The notes under the pieces were generated by a model. That model was not told the DNA's origin. It did not search any database and saw only the letters and a list, made by a program, of their open reading frames with translations. Both the position numbers and the translations under genes were made by a program. From Mobula hypostoma (taxonomy: Eukaryota), in assembly GCF_963921235.1 (NCBI RefSeq), contig NC_086118.1, forward strand, positions 12,650,001-12,714,000: a stretch of 64,000 nt of DNA, written 5' to 3'. Below are positions 1 to 13,237 of this stretch, in pieces. The stretch's first letter is position 1, and the number at the start of each line of letters is the position of its first letter.

Positions 1-1731
1 CGCTTCTTTTTGGATTCCAGACCTAATCAGTTCCCCTCTACCACCACTCTGCTCCGTCTAGCAGAATTAGTCCTTACTCTTAATAATTTCTCCTTTTGCT
101 CCTCCCATTTCCTCCAAACTAAAGGTGTAGCTATGGGCACCCGTATGGGTCCTAGCTATGCCTGCCTTTTTGTTGGGTTTGGGAACAATCTATGTTCCGT
201 GCCTATTCTGGTATCTGTCCCCCACTTTTCCTTCGCTACATCGACGACTGCATTGGCGCTGCTTCCTGCACGCATGCAGAACTCGTTGACTTTATTAACT
301 TTGCCTCCAACTTTCACCCTGCCCTCAAGTTTACCTGGTCCATTTCTGACACCTCCCTCCCCTTTCTAGATCTTTCTGTCTCTGTCTCTGGAGACAGCTT
401 ATCCACTGATGTCTACTATAAGCCTACTGACTCTCACAACTATCTGGACTATTCCTCTTCTCACCCTGTCTCTTGCAAAAACGCCATCCCCTTCTCGCAA
501 TTCCTCCGTCTCCGCCGCATCTGCTCTCAGGATGAGGCTTTTCATTCTAGGACGAGGGAGATGTCTTCAATTTTTAAAGAAAGGGGCTTCCCTTCCTCCA
601 CTATCAACTCTGCTCTTAAACGCATCTCCCCCATTTCACGTACATCTGCTCTCACTCCATCCTCCCACCACCCCACTAGGAATAGGGTTCCCCTGGTCCT
701 CACCTACCACCCCACCAGCCTCCGGGTCCAACATATTATTCTCCGTAACTTCCGCCACCTCCAACGGGATCCCACCACTAAGCATATCTTTCCCTCCCCC
801 CCTCTCTCTGCATTCCGCAGGGATCGCTCCCTACACAACTCCCTTGTCCATTCGTCCCCCCCATCCCTCCCCACTGATCTCCCTCCTGGCACTTATCCGT
901 GTAAGCGGAACAAGTGCTACACATGCCCTTACACTTCCTCCCTTACCACCATTCAGGGCCCCAAACAGTCCTTCCAGGTGAGGCATCACTTCACCTGTGA
1001 GTCGACTGGGGTGATATACTGCGTCCGGTGCTCCCGATATGGCCTTTTATATATTGGTGAGACCCGACGCAGACTGGGAGACCGCTTTGCTGAACATCTA
1101 CGCTCTGTCCGCCAGAGAAAGCAGGATCTCCCAGTGGCCACACATTTTAATTCCACATCCCATTCCCATTCTGACATGTCTATCCACGGCCTCCTCTACT
1201 GTAAAGATGAAGCCACACTCAGATTGGAGGAACAACACCTTATATTCCGTATGGGTAGCCTCCAACCTGATGGCATGAACATTGACTTCTCTAACTTCCG
1301 CTAGGCCCCACCTCCCCCTCGTACCCCATCTGTTACTCTTTTTAATGCACACATTCTTTCTCTCACTCTCCTTTTTCTCCCTCTGTCCCTCTGAATATAC
1401 CTCTTGCCCATCCTCTGGGTCACCCCCCCCCCGTCTTTCTTCCCGGACCTCCTGTCCCATGATCCTCTCGTACCCCCTTCTGCCTATCACCTGTCCAGCT
1501 CTCGGCTCCATCCCTCCCCCTCCTGTCTTCTCCTATCATTTTGCATCTCCCCCTCCCCCTCCAGCTTTCAAATCCCTTACTCACTCTTCCTTCAGTTAGT
1601 CCTGACGAAGGGTCTCGGCCTGAAACGTCGACTGTACCTCTTCCTAGAGATGCTGCCTGGCCTGCTGCGTTCACCAGCAACTTTGATGTATGTTGCTTGA
1701 ATTTCCAGCATCTGCAGAATTCCTGTTGTTT
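1..1731 (+). mobile_element. Penelope-like retroelement (Neptune-type): RT C-half, CxxxxCxxC linker, GIY-YIG endonuclease and 3' terminus
   Basis: Motifs QTKGVAMGTRMGPSYACLF, LRYIDDC, LPFLD, CKRNKCYTC and GVIYCVRC...LYIGET...RFAEH. A 1-nt frameshift near 181 joins ORFs 10-369 and 192-1304. Followed by a pyrimidine-rich 3' region and a hammerhead. Confidence 0.93.
1598..1633 (+). ncRNA. Minimal type I hammerhead ribozyme motif in Penelope terminus
   Basis: AGTC-CTGACGA-AGGGTCTCGGCCT-GAAA-CGTC-GACT: CUGANGA and GAAA cores, stem I AGTC/GACT, a stem II hairpin, palindromic ACGT stem III and a GUC cleavage triplet. Confidence 0.8.
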
Positions 1732-2192
1732 ACAAGGATATCGCCTGGATTGGGTAGCATGCCTTATGAGGATAGGTTGAGTGAACTCGGTTTTTTCTTC
1801 TTGGAGCGACGGAGGATGAGAGGTGACCTGATAGAGGTGTACAAGATAATGATAGGCATTGATCATGTGGATAGTCAGAGGCTTTTTCCCAGGGCTGAAA
1901 TGACTCACACGAGAGGGCACAGTTTTAAGGTTCTTGGAAGTAGGTACAGAGGAGGTATCAGGGGGAAGTTTTTTACGCAGAGAATGTTGAATGCGTGGAA
2001 TGGGCTGTTGGTGACGGTGGTGGAGGCGGAAACGATAGGGTCTTTTCAGAGACTCCTGGATAGGTACATGGAGCTTAGAAAAAATAGAGGGCTATGGGTA
2101 AGTTTAGGTAGTTCGAAGGTAAGAACATGTTTGGTACAGCTTTGTGGGCTGAAAGGCCTGTATTGTGTTGTAGGTTTTCTATGTTACTACGT
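1732..2192 (+). mobile_element. CR1 LINE 3' fragment
   Basis: LERRRMRGDLIEVYKIM...TRGHSFKV...FFTQR..NAWNGL, with a (TTCTATGT)-like tail. Confidence 0.85.
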
Positions 2193-2459
2193 TTATTCCA
2201 AAGTCACGACACAATAACATTAAACAATTAGAGCTACACTAGCAATATCTATGTAAATCTCCAAAAAGCCACAATACTAAATACCACTAGAATAGTCTGA
2301 AAGTTCCTAGCAATTGAGAAATGAGCGTGCTTGGCTATGCCCTAACCTCTTGTTTTACCAGCTTGAACTGAGAAAAATATGTAACAATAATAATAAATAA
2401 ATAAGCAACAAATATTGAGAATATGAGATAAAGAATCCTGAAGGTAAGTCCATAGGTTG

Positions 2460-3884
2460 ACCATATACTTGGCCACTGCTACACAGCAGTCAAGGATGCC
2501 TACTGTTCCGTTCCACAACCTCACTTTGGAAAATCGGGCCATCAGCCCATACTCCTCCTCCCGGCTTATAAACAGAAACTGAAGCGGGAGGTCACGGTGT
2601 CAAAAATAGTGTCGCGTTGGACGGAGGAAACGGATGAGGTCCTCTGTGACTGCTTTGAATCGGTGGACTGGTTAGTATTCAAGGACTCGGCAGCTAACCT
2701 CGATGAGTATGCCTCAGCTGTCACGGACTTTATTTGGAGATGCACAGAGGACTGTGTATCTCGCAAGACAATCCGGTTATTTCCTAACCGGAAACCTTGG
2801 ATGAATTATGAGATCCACTCCCTTTTGAAGGCTAGAGCTGCGGCTTTTAGGTTCGAGGATACCAGTCGCTACACAGAATCCAGGCGTGGACTCCGGAAAG
2901 CCATTAAGGGCGCCAAGAGGCAATATCAAGCCAAGTTGGAAGCCCAGGTGAACCAGAAGTTTCCATCAAACTCAGTATATAAGTTTGCTGATGACACCAC
3001 AATTGTAGGCCGTATCTCGGGTAATGATGAGTTTGAGTACAGAGAGGAAATTAAGAACCTGGTGGCATGGTGCGAAGATAATAACCTGTCCCTCAATGTC
3101 AGCAAGATGAAGGAATTGATTGTTGACTTCAGAAGGAGTAGCAGACCGCACGACCCCATTTACATCGGCGGTGCGCAAGTGGGACAGGTCAAAAGCTTTA
3201 AGTTCCTCAGGGTCAATATCTCAAATGACCTGACTTGGTCCAACCAAGCAGAGTCCACTGCCAAGAAGGCCCACCAGCGCCTTTACTTCCTGAGGAAGCT
3301 AAAGAAATTTGGCCTGTTCCCTAAAACCCTCACTAATTTTTGTAGATGCGCCGTAGAAAGCATTCTTCTAGGGTGCATCACAACCTGGTATGGAAGTTGT
3401 CCTGTCCAAGACCGGAAGAAGCTGCAGAAGTTCATGAACACAGCCCAGCACGTCACACAAACCAATCTTCCATCCATGGACTCAGTTTATACCACACGCT
3501 GTCGGAGCAGTGCTGCCAAGATAATCAAGGACACGACCCACCCAGCCAACACACTTCTCATACCTCTTCCCTCCGGGAGAAGTCTCAGGAGCTTGAAGAC
3601 TCGCACGGCCAGATTGGGGAACAGCTTCTTTCCAACTGTGATAAGACTGTTGAACGGATCCTGACCCAGATCTGGGCTGTACCCTCTAAATATCTGGACC
3701 TGCCTCTCGTTTTTTTTTGCACTACCTGTCTTTCACTTTTCTATTTTCTATTTACGATTTATAATTCAAATTTTTAATATTTAATATCGATTTGTAATCC
3801 AGGGAGAACGAAGAGCAGAATTAAATATCACTGTGATGATTTTACACTCTAGTATTAATTGTTTGGCGACAATAAGGTATAAAG
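2460..3884 (+). mobile_element. Rex1/Babar-like LINE, 5'-truncated, with in-frame internal RT deletion and 7-bp TSD
   Basis: ORF 2597-3664 (DCFESVDW, PNRKPWM, YKFADDTT, LNVSKMKELIVDFR, KKAHQRLYFLRKL). TAGGTTG is present at 2453-2459 and 3885-3891. Confidence 0.85.
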
Positions 3885-5760
3885 TAGGTTGCGAGAACAG
3901 TTCAGTGTTGGGGCAGCTGAAGTTGAGTGAAGTTAACCCCACTGGTTCAAGCGCCTGATTGATAGTTGAGGGGCAATAACTGTTCCTGAACCTGGTGGTG
4001 TAAGTCCTGAGGCTCCTGTATATTCTTCCTGATGGCAGCAACGAGAAGAAAGCATGACCTGTGTGGTAGGTGTCCTGACGGTGGATGCCACAACAAAAAC
4101 TTCTTACTCAATGTCAGCAAGACCGAGGAGCTAATTATTGACATCAGGAGGAGAAAACTGGAGGTCCATGAAGCAATCTTCATTGGGGGATCAGAGGTGG
4201 AGAGGGTCAGCAATGCTAAATTCCTTGGTGTCATCAGTTCGGGGGACCTTTCCTGCAACAATTATCCATGCAGTAGTGCTCATTGGTGTGGAGGGTTTTA
4301 CCCGCGATCGACTGGGCTGAATCCACTACTTATTGTGGAATTTCCCATTCAATGGTATTGGTATTTATTGGCTGCATCCAGTCAATATATTCTCCAGTTC
4401 ACATGCATAGATGTTAGTCAGATTTATAGATGTCGTGCCAAATCTTTGTAAACTCTTAAGGAAGTAGAGGCACTGCTGTGCTTTCTCCATTAATGCTAGA
4501 CCCAGAACACGTCTTCTGAGATGACAGCACCAAGGAATTTAAAATTGTCTACCCTCTCCACCATCTGATCCCCTGATGAGGACTGGCTCATGGACCTCTA
4601 CTTTCCTCCTCCCGATGTCAATAATCAGCTCCTCGGTCTTGCTGACATTGAGTAAGGGGTTGTTGTCATATTTTCAATCTCCCTCCTATATGCTGATTAA
4701 TCACCACGTTTGGTTTGGCTTATGACAGTGGTGTTGTCAGCAAACTTAAATATGGCATTGGAGATGTGCTTAGCTATACAGTCATAAGTGTATAGTGAGT
4801 AGAGCAGCCTTGTGGCACACTTGTGCTGATAGATTTTGTGAAAGAGATGTTTTTGCCAATTTGAAATGACTGGGGTCTGCAAGTGAAGAAAGCGAGGATC
4901 CAATTGCACAAGGAGGTATTGAGGCTAAGGTCTTGAAGATAATTGATTAGTTTTGAGGGAGCGATAGTATTAAATGCCGAGCTGTTGTTTGCTAAAGAGC
5001 GTCCTGATGTATGCATCTTTGCTGTCCAGGTATTTCAGGGCTGAGTGAAGAACCAATGAAATGGCATCTGCTGTGGATGTGTTGTGCCAGTAGAGAAATT
5101 GGAATAGATCCAAGACCACTTCTCAAACAGAAGTGTATATGTATCATCACCAAACTGTCAAAACACTTCAACACTGCTACTGCACAATAGTAATTGAGGA
5201 AGGTTACCATGTTCTTCTTCGGCACCAGCATAAATGAAGCCTGTTTAAAGCAAATGGGTACCTCAGAACACCAAATTGAGAGTTTAAAGATCTCAATGAA
5301 TGCTCCAGCCAGTTGATCAGCACAGGTCTTTCGTACTCAGTCAGATACGTATCTTGCTTGGATGCTTGCAATGGGTTCACTCTCCTGAAGGATGCTTTCA
5401 CATTGGCATTGAGACTGAAATCATAGGATCTTCAGGGCTGTGAGAGTTTGTGATGGTTCCTCCATGTTTTGACAGTAAAAGTGAGCATTGAGCTCACCTG
5501 GAAGCAAAGCACTTGTTGTCACCTATGTCACCTGGTCTGACTTTGTAAGAGGTGGTAGCGTTCAAGCCATACCACAGCTAACAAACATCCTTCATTGATT
5601 CAAGTTGAGTCTGGAATTGCCTTTTTGCCCTTGAGATGACCTTCCAGAGTTTGTAGCTGGACCTCTTGTAACTTTCTTGGTCACCAGACTTGAATGCCTC
5701 CAATTTGGCCCTCAGCAGATTGTGGATCTCATGGTTCATCCAGGCTTCTGGTTGGGGGTA
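3885..5760 (-). mobile_element. Degenerate Rex1/Babar-like LINE; its 3' part continues at ~2370-2459
   Basis: Fragmentary [39 protein letters not shown] and LCNWIL motifs. An opposite-strand piece lies at ~4080-4260. Confidence 0.75.
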
Positions 5761-6439
5761 AGTCCCTTATCTCTGGGCATTCATTTTGGTTAATTATTTC
5801 TACAACATTTCTGAAACATACATATTTTTCAAAAAGTGTGGCATTCTGAACTGGACTCAATACTAAAAATGCAACGGAATTAATATTTTATAGAAGTTCA
5901 TTACGATGTCCCTGATTTTGCTCATACTGAATGATGGTGGGAGCTTGAAGAACAGAATGACCTGTCGTTGTTCCTTTCTGTGAGGAGTATCACAGAATGG
6001 ATTACAAAGACATAGGAATTTCAAAAAGGAATTCCAAAATACATGCCAGGTAAAGGTATGGCTACCACTGGTGGATGATGGAAATTAGGGATGTACAAGA
6101 AGTTAGAATTAGAAAAAAGAAGGAATCAAGTGTGAGTGAAGTTGAAAGCAGGGTCATAGTGGTACTGAAAACATGGATGGAAATTTTAAGATTACCAGAA
6201 TGGAGAAGCTCTTACCCTCACTTTGTTCACAGCCTATCAGATTACTAAGGGGGAGCTGCAAGGATATATTTGTCTTTTGCATGAAGCCAGCATTGATCAA
6301 CAGGAATAGAACCAGTGGTCTGGTTCTGCATCTTATATTCCTATTGAAATGCCATGTCTATTGCACAACATCTGTTCCTAGTTCTATAATATAGTGTAGC
6401 ATGTTGTGATTCATGCTTGATGCTATGAGGTGATTCATG

Positions 6440-6990
6440 CTGTAACAAACAAGAGGAAATCTGCAGATGCTGGAAGTCCAAGCAACACACACAAAATTCT
6501 GGAGGAACTAAGAAGGCCAGGAAGCATCTATGGAAAAGAGTACAGTCAATGTTTCGGGCCAGGACCCTTCATCAGGGCTGGAAAAATGATGAGGGTCAGA
6601 GTAAGAAAATAGGGGAGGGGAGGAAGAACCACAAGGTGATAGGTGATACCAGGAGTGGGGAGGGGTAGGACAGAGCTGGGAAGTTGATTGGTGAAAGAAA
6701 TTCAGGGCTGGAGAAGGGTGAATCTGATAGGAGAGGACAAAGGCCATGGAGGAAAGGGAAGGGAGAGGAGCACCAGAGGAAGGTGTTGGGTAAGTAAGGA
6801 GATAAAGTGAGAGGAACATGGGTCCGGGGAATAGTGAAGGAGAAGAGGGGCATTACCAGAAGTTTGAGAAGCTGATGTTCATGCCATCAGGTTGGAGGCT
6901 ACCCAGACGGAATATAATACGTTGTTCCCCTACCTGAGTGTAGCCTCATCATGACAGTAAAACAGGCCATGGACTGTCATGTCGGAATGT
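6440..6990 (-). mobile_element. Penelope 3' fragment with hammerhead-like motif (~6543-6578)
   Basis: Reverse-complement similarity to 1200-1730. Motif CTGATGAAGGGTCCTGGCCCGAAACATTGACT. Confidence 0.8.
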
Positions 6991-8299
6991 CGTTTTAAGT
7001 GATTTATCCAGTAATCTCTTTGATCGAATCCTAGCCAATATTATCAGTTTAATTTTGTCAGGATCATCATCAATTGCTCTATCACCGTTACTCTGCCATG
7101 TTATGTGCTTTTTATCAGGCACCATTCCAACACTGTTTACAGGATGAGGTGGCATCACTTGGCTCAGATCAAATAAACTGATGGAGGAACTCAAAGAGTC
7201 AGAAAGCATCTATAGATGGAAATAGACAGTTAATATTTCAGCTTGAAGCTCTTCATTTAGAATGGAGATAAGTGAAGAATCTTGATGCAAGGTCCACATA
7301 TACAATCGTAATTCTAAGCAATCCAGATACTGGGTTGTTCGGAGCCATGCTTTGTGTGCTGTGGTATTATTTCAATGAAAAGTCATGAACTTCCTCTGAA
7401 TTTCATGAAGTCTGCAATTTTCTGATTTTCTGTGAATCTGACCTTTTAAAAAGGAGCCCAGACAGGGATAGAGTAATTCAATAATCTGGAAAGTATGCAA
7501 GGCCATGATTTTGGCCTAGCAGTGTGTGTGCTGTGAATAGCATTGACATTCATACAGTTACAGCCTATGTAAGATCTGTTTTGTCATTACTTAAAACAGT
7601 AATGCCAGCATTACTGTCAAACCCCAGAGTCTAGTACTGAGAGCTCATCTCAGGAGATATTCATTAAGGAAGATATTTGTTGGCATGGCTGGCCTCTATT
7701 TTTCCCTAGTCCACTCCCAGCCCTGTCAGGTCTTCATCATCCCCAATAATCTCTTGCCTAACACTCTTCCAACTCTTCTCCCTGCCAGTCTTCAACTTTG
7801 TGCTCTACTGACTGAACTGGACAAACTGGACCACTGCAGAAATAGTACTCGAGATCCATCACTCACATTCTACAAGGATCTTCCCACTACCTGATCTTCC
7901 TCCCTCGCAACCATTGACTGAACACCTTTCCACCCTCCGTAACTTCAGGACTCAGGACTTGCCCGTTTTCCTTTGAGCTCTCTATATGGTAGAATAAGCA
8001 GGTCCTTGTGTGTGTAAGCCACACTACCTAGCTGAATGCGACAGACCTAATGAGCTGAAGAATTTCTATAGCACAAGGTCCTGGAACAAGACATTTTCTG
8101 GCCAGCAACACACCATTTTGAGCCCTCAGATTGATGGATGCAATACAAAGGACTGCCCCCCACAGTGTCAGGCATTAATTGAAATTTACTTTCCAATCTA
8201 CACGAATTGTGCTTGCCTGGTTAGACCCAGAAAAATCATGTGTTTCTGCAGTTTAAAAGACCACATTCAAAACTCACTAGGTATCAGGCTGAAAGGCCT

Positions 8300-9540
8300 C
8301 TTTAAGATTTAAATCCAGTGTTTGACAAATCTGCCAGAGCTTTTAGTTTGTAACAGGTAGAATAGGTAAAGAAGAACCTGTAGATGTAGTCAACTTGGAT
8401 TTTTAGAAAATCTTGATACAAAGTCTCACATAAAAGATTAATGTGCAAAATTGATGTGTGTGGTATTGGGGCAATTTGTTGACATTTATTGGTACCTGAT
8501 GGATAGACAGGAAACAGAGAGTGGCAATAAATGGTCATTTTACAGGTGCCTGGTGTCAGTAAACCAAGGAACTGATAGTTGACTTCAGGAATGGGAAATC
8601 AAGGAAAACACACCAGTCGTCATCGAGGGGTCAGAAGTGAAAAGGGTGAACAGTTTCAAGTTCCTGGGTCTCAAAATGTCCGCGGATCTATCCCGGGCCC
8701 AATGTATTGTTGCAATTATAAAGAAGTCAATACAGCGGCTACATTTCTTTAGGAGTTTGAGAAGAATTGGCATCTCACTAAGGCACTCGCAAATATCTAC
8801 AGGTATGCCATGGAGAGCATCCTAACTGGTTGCTCCACTCTTTGGTCTGGAGGAGCCATGGCACAGGATTGGAAAACACTGCTGAAAGCTCTATCATGGG
8901 CACTTGCTTCCCCATCACCAAGGACAGTTTCAAAAGGCAATGCCTCAGAAAGGCAGTGTCCATCATTAGGGACTCCCGTCACCCAGGATATGCCCTCTTC
9001 TCATTGCTATCATCAAGGAGGAGGTACAAGAGCTCGAAGGCACACACACACACACTCACGCCAACATTTCAGGAACAGATTTTCCCCTTCCACCATCAGA
9101 TTTATGAGTGGACAATGAACGCACAAACACTACCTCAGTATTTTTTTTCTTTCTCTCTCTTTTTGCACTACTGTACTTACTTGATTTAACTATTTTAAAA
9201 TAAACTTGTTGTAATTTATAGCTTTTATTATTATGCACTGCTGCTGCAAAACAACAAATTTCACAACATATGCCAGTGGTAATAAACCTAATTCTGACTG
9301 TTCATGGGTACCAGAGGTATTGGAGCTCTGGATGAGGATCACAATGTAATAATTTAAAAGTTTACCTGTAACACTAAACTGTGTGATGGGTGGCACTGTG
9401 AGTTATGAGGAGGATACAAAGGGTTCAAGGTAATTGAGAAAAAGGGCAAAAAAAACCCAGCAACATACAGTAGAATGTGGATAAGCGTGAAGTTATTCAG
9501 ATTGGTAAGAACAATAAAAGGAGGTGCATTGTTTAAACTA
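8300..9540 (+). mobile_element. Old CR1 fragment interrupted by a Rex/Babar 3' fragment (~8555-9300)
   Basis: The insert encodes VNSFKFLG..SADLS, IQRLHFFRSLRR and HPGYALFSLL. CR1-like RT remnants lie on both sides. Confidence 0.65.
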
Positions 9541-9569
9541 TTCTACGTTAGAGAAACCAAACACAAATG

Positions 9570-10080
9570 CAGACCACATGCACTCGGGCTGCAGGCTGAT
9601 CTTAGCTTTCTGTTGCAAGCCCTTTAGTTCTCAGTCCCATTCCTCTTCCAAACTATCTCTCAGCATTCCCCTTTACTGCCATAGCGAGGCCCAAAGTTAA
9701 GCAGAGGAACCACACCTTATCTTACGCCTGGGCACCTTGCAACCCTCTGGAAGGAATACTTAATTTTCCAACTTTAGTCAGACTGCCCTCTCAGTGCCAA
9801 GTCCCTTTCTCACTCCAGTTCCTTAAATGCCTCAATGCAGCTCACGTTGGTCATCACCTGTTCCGTTTTAACTGATCTCTGCTTAGACTTTTGTCTTACC
9901 CTTCTCCTTCCAGCTACACCTTACGAGCTGACACTCCTCCACTCTTCCCCAGAACTGAGAAAGGGTCTCTGACCTGAAATGGTAACTGATTTCACTTTCC
10001 ACACATGCTGCCTGACTGGCTGAGTTCTTTCAGCATTTCTGCTTTTGTTACAGATTCCAGCATCTGGAGTTTTATACGTT
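9570..10080 (+). mobile_element. Degenerate Penelope 3' fragment
   Basis: Similar to 1130-1720, including a decayed hammerhead at ~9955-9990. Confidence 0.65.
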
Positions 10081-11644
10081 TTCCATGTCACGGCTTCATT
10101 CTCGAGTAGCCCCTTGATACGGGTGTTTTTGTTAACATTCAGTTTGATCCTGTGTTATGGTGATACCTTGATATGTAAATTATGGATATATCACAGCACA
10201 TCTCCAAATGACATCCTCTGGTGTGAGGGAGGTCATTCTTTCCAAAGGAGCCTCTTCATTTTTCAGTCTCTGATGTTCTTGCTTGCAGTGCTCCTGAGCT
10301 GTCTCTTTCTGTCCCTCGTGCTTTCTCTTTTTTCAGTTTTCCTCAGAATAATCGCAATTCCTTCATCATTGTTGGGTTAACATCCTTGAACTTCATACCT
10401 GACAGGACTGTGAAAGTAGATTGATGACACACTATTTAAGCAGTGTATGATGAATATTTTATGAGGGATGTGGACATTACTGCTAAGTTCAATATTTATT
10501 ACCTGCCCCTAATTACCCTTCAGGAGGTGGTAATGAAATGCCTCCTAGACCATGAGATGTAGATACATGCACGGAATGCGCAGTTATGTGTAAGTAACCA
10601 CAAGTTTTCTGGGCTGCTTCAGATGGGAATTTAGTATCAGCCACGCTACCGAGAACTTGGATCGTGTGTGGGCCAAGTTGACATAATTCCTGCTCTGAAG
10701 GCAAAAGGTAAACTACATGTTTTATTTTATAGAACAAGACATCTGTGTGGTCATTGTTACTTCCGGTAACTTATCATCAATTTATTCAACAAAATAATCA
10801 AGTAAATTCCACATCTGCCTGGATAGAAACGTGAATTCATATCTTCAGATCATTAGTCCATAATTACTATACAACCATAAACTATATGCCCCTTCTCAGA
10901 GGCGACTATAAATGAGCAAATCATCTTCTCAGTGACAAAATAACACTAAAAGTTTCAGTGACACTTAACAAGAAATATTCCACCTTATTTTCAAGTGAAT
11001 AATCATATATTGCAGAGGAATGAAGATGGAGGTTTAGGATTGAGAATATTTTATTAATTCAAAGGATTAGTTATATACTTCATATTATTAATGTGCTCCC
11101 CATTTATCCAGTGGAAACAAATATATAGTTTCTTTGTTGTAGATTCATTGAAGTCTCAAAGGATTCCTTACACCTAATATTTCAAAAGCTGTTTGTTAAT
11201 AATACTAAACAAGGAATACAGGAACGTAAAGATGATGTAAGAAATCCTGAACAAATATGGTCCTGATGTTATGCCTGAAAGAACTTATGCTTTATTGATC
11301 ATTAACCTGTTTCTGATATATCTGCAGATATTCCCAAATAGGCAAGATAAAAGACAAGTGCATTGGGATAATGGGTGGAATCTCAGTTTGGAATAAATCC
11401 ATTATTAAATAATTAGCTTGTGCTTCTGTATTTAGAGCAACAAGAGGCATGCACCATCAGATGCTTAACATTTTTGTCAATTCAGTATTCACAAGGGTTC
11501 TCAATTACTTTAAAATGTGTGACTTGATATGAACTAGTAATAAATTAATAGCACCAAGGATAAGGCATTGGTGCCTCAGCAGAAAATGGAATAGAGATTG
11601 GGAGGAAATCCAGTCACTGTGTTCAGTACAGTTGGGGTAGTCAG

Positions 11645-12210
11645 TCTTTAGAAACATAGAAATCCTACAGCACGGTACAGGCCCTTCGGCCCACAAAGCT
11701 GTGCCAAATAAGTCCTTACCTTAGAACTACCTAGTCTTTACCCATGGCTACCCATTTTTTTCTAAGCTCCATGTAGCCATCCAGGAGTCTCTTAAAAGAC
11801 CCTATCGTTTCCGCCAACACCGCTGCCGCCGGCAGCCCGTTCCACACACTCACCACTCTGCGTAAAAAACTTACCCCGACATCTCCTCTGTACCTACTTC
11901 CAAGCACCTTAAAACTATGCCCTCTTGTGCTAGCCATTTCAACTGTGGGGAAAAGCCTCTGACTATCTACATGACCAGTGCCTCTCATTATCAGGTCACC
12001 TCTCATGCTCTGTCGCTCCAAGGAGAAAAGGCCGAGTTCACTCAACCCATTCTCATAAGGCATGCGCCCCAATCCAGGCAACATCCTTGTAAATCTCCTC
12101 TATTTATTATGTTATTCTATGGTTTCCACGTCCTTCCTGTAGTGAAGTGATCAGAAATAAGCACAGTACTCCAAGTGGGGTCTGACTAGGGTCCTATATA
12201 GCTGCAATAA
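11645..12210 (-). mobile_element. CR1 LINE 3' fragment
   Basis: ORF 11731-12084 is CR1 ORF2 C-terminus; same subfamily as 1732-2192. Confidence 0.85.
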
Positions 12211-13237
12211 TGGTATCATTTGCAGAGTTGCCCAGCAAGACAAAGAGTTTGATTCTAACTCCAAAGTCTGGGTTTAAAATTTACATTAACATCCAGAGGA
12301 ATACACGTACCAATGAAAGGGTATCTGTCATCCAATGGGTTATGGGAGCTGTTCACCATCCCCTTTAAACTGGTATAAAAATGGAAAAGGCCAGGAGCCT
12401 GTATGCCATGGCTATCGGATCATAATTCTGTGCATAAATTCTTCCACCACTTCATACCATTGAAGGAAACTATAATGACACGAATATGATATTGAGCTCA
12501 GATTTAAGGAGTTGCAACATTGGCTGAGAAATCTGTGCAGGGATTAATGCAAATTAATAAAGAGCCATTGCTGCAAGCATTAATAGGATGCCAAAAAGCA
12601 AGGCATTGAACCATGAAGCATTACAGCCGAGCACACAGAGCCCAGAGTGGAAGTAGCGATAGAAATTGAGACACTGATTGCTCGACCATGAAGTACTGGG
12701 AAAGAAAGAAATAAGTGCATAGAATCTCATTTATGCAGCACTTTTCACTGCAGGACATTTTAAAGTGCGTTCCAGCAGCTTTGTGTTTTATGAAGTATGG
12801 AGACTCATACAGAAACTAGTCACCTTTTATGCAACAGCAAAGTTCCTCAAAAAACAAGATGATTGTGACTGGGTCATTTAGCCTTTGGGTTGGTGTACAA
12901 ACAAATGTGAACACCCATGGATACATTAACATGGATCTTTTTCCTGTCTTGCTTTAACACTTCATGCAGAACTGCTTCTCCAATCCCCTGAAGTGAAATC
13001 AGGGATCATTTGCTCATGTGTCTGCAATGGGACTTAAACCCACAATTTACCATCATGAAATCAAAAATGCTACAAATTCGGAGCATTCCCCAACAGAGAA
13101 AGTAATCTGTATATTCGAGGCAGAAGATGATTTTGAACAAAAATCTCTTGGATGTAATCTGAAATGATTGTGTGATGCTGGCAATAAACACCAATTTATA
13201 GAAAAATTGATATCTGAGAAGTGTCAGAATAACTAAC

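Noticed and set aside
7080..7140. Minus-strand 'VGMVP' as a candidate exon 4
   Set aside because: It lacks the AHMMY and GPEDW motifs and convincing splice sites.
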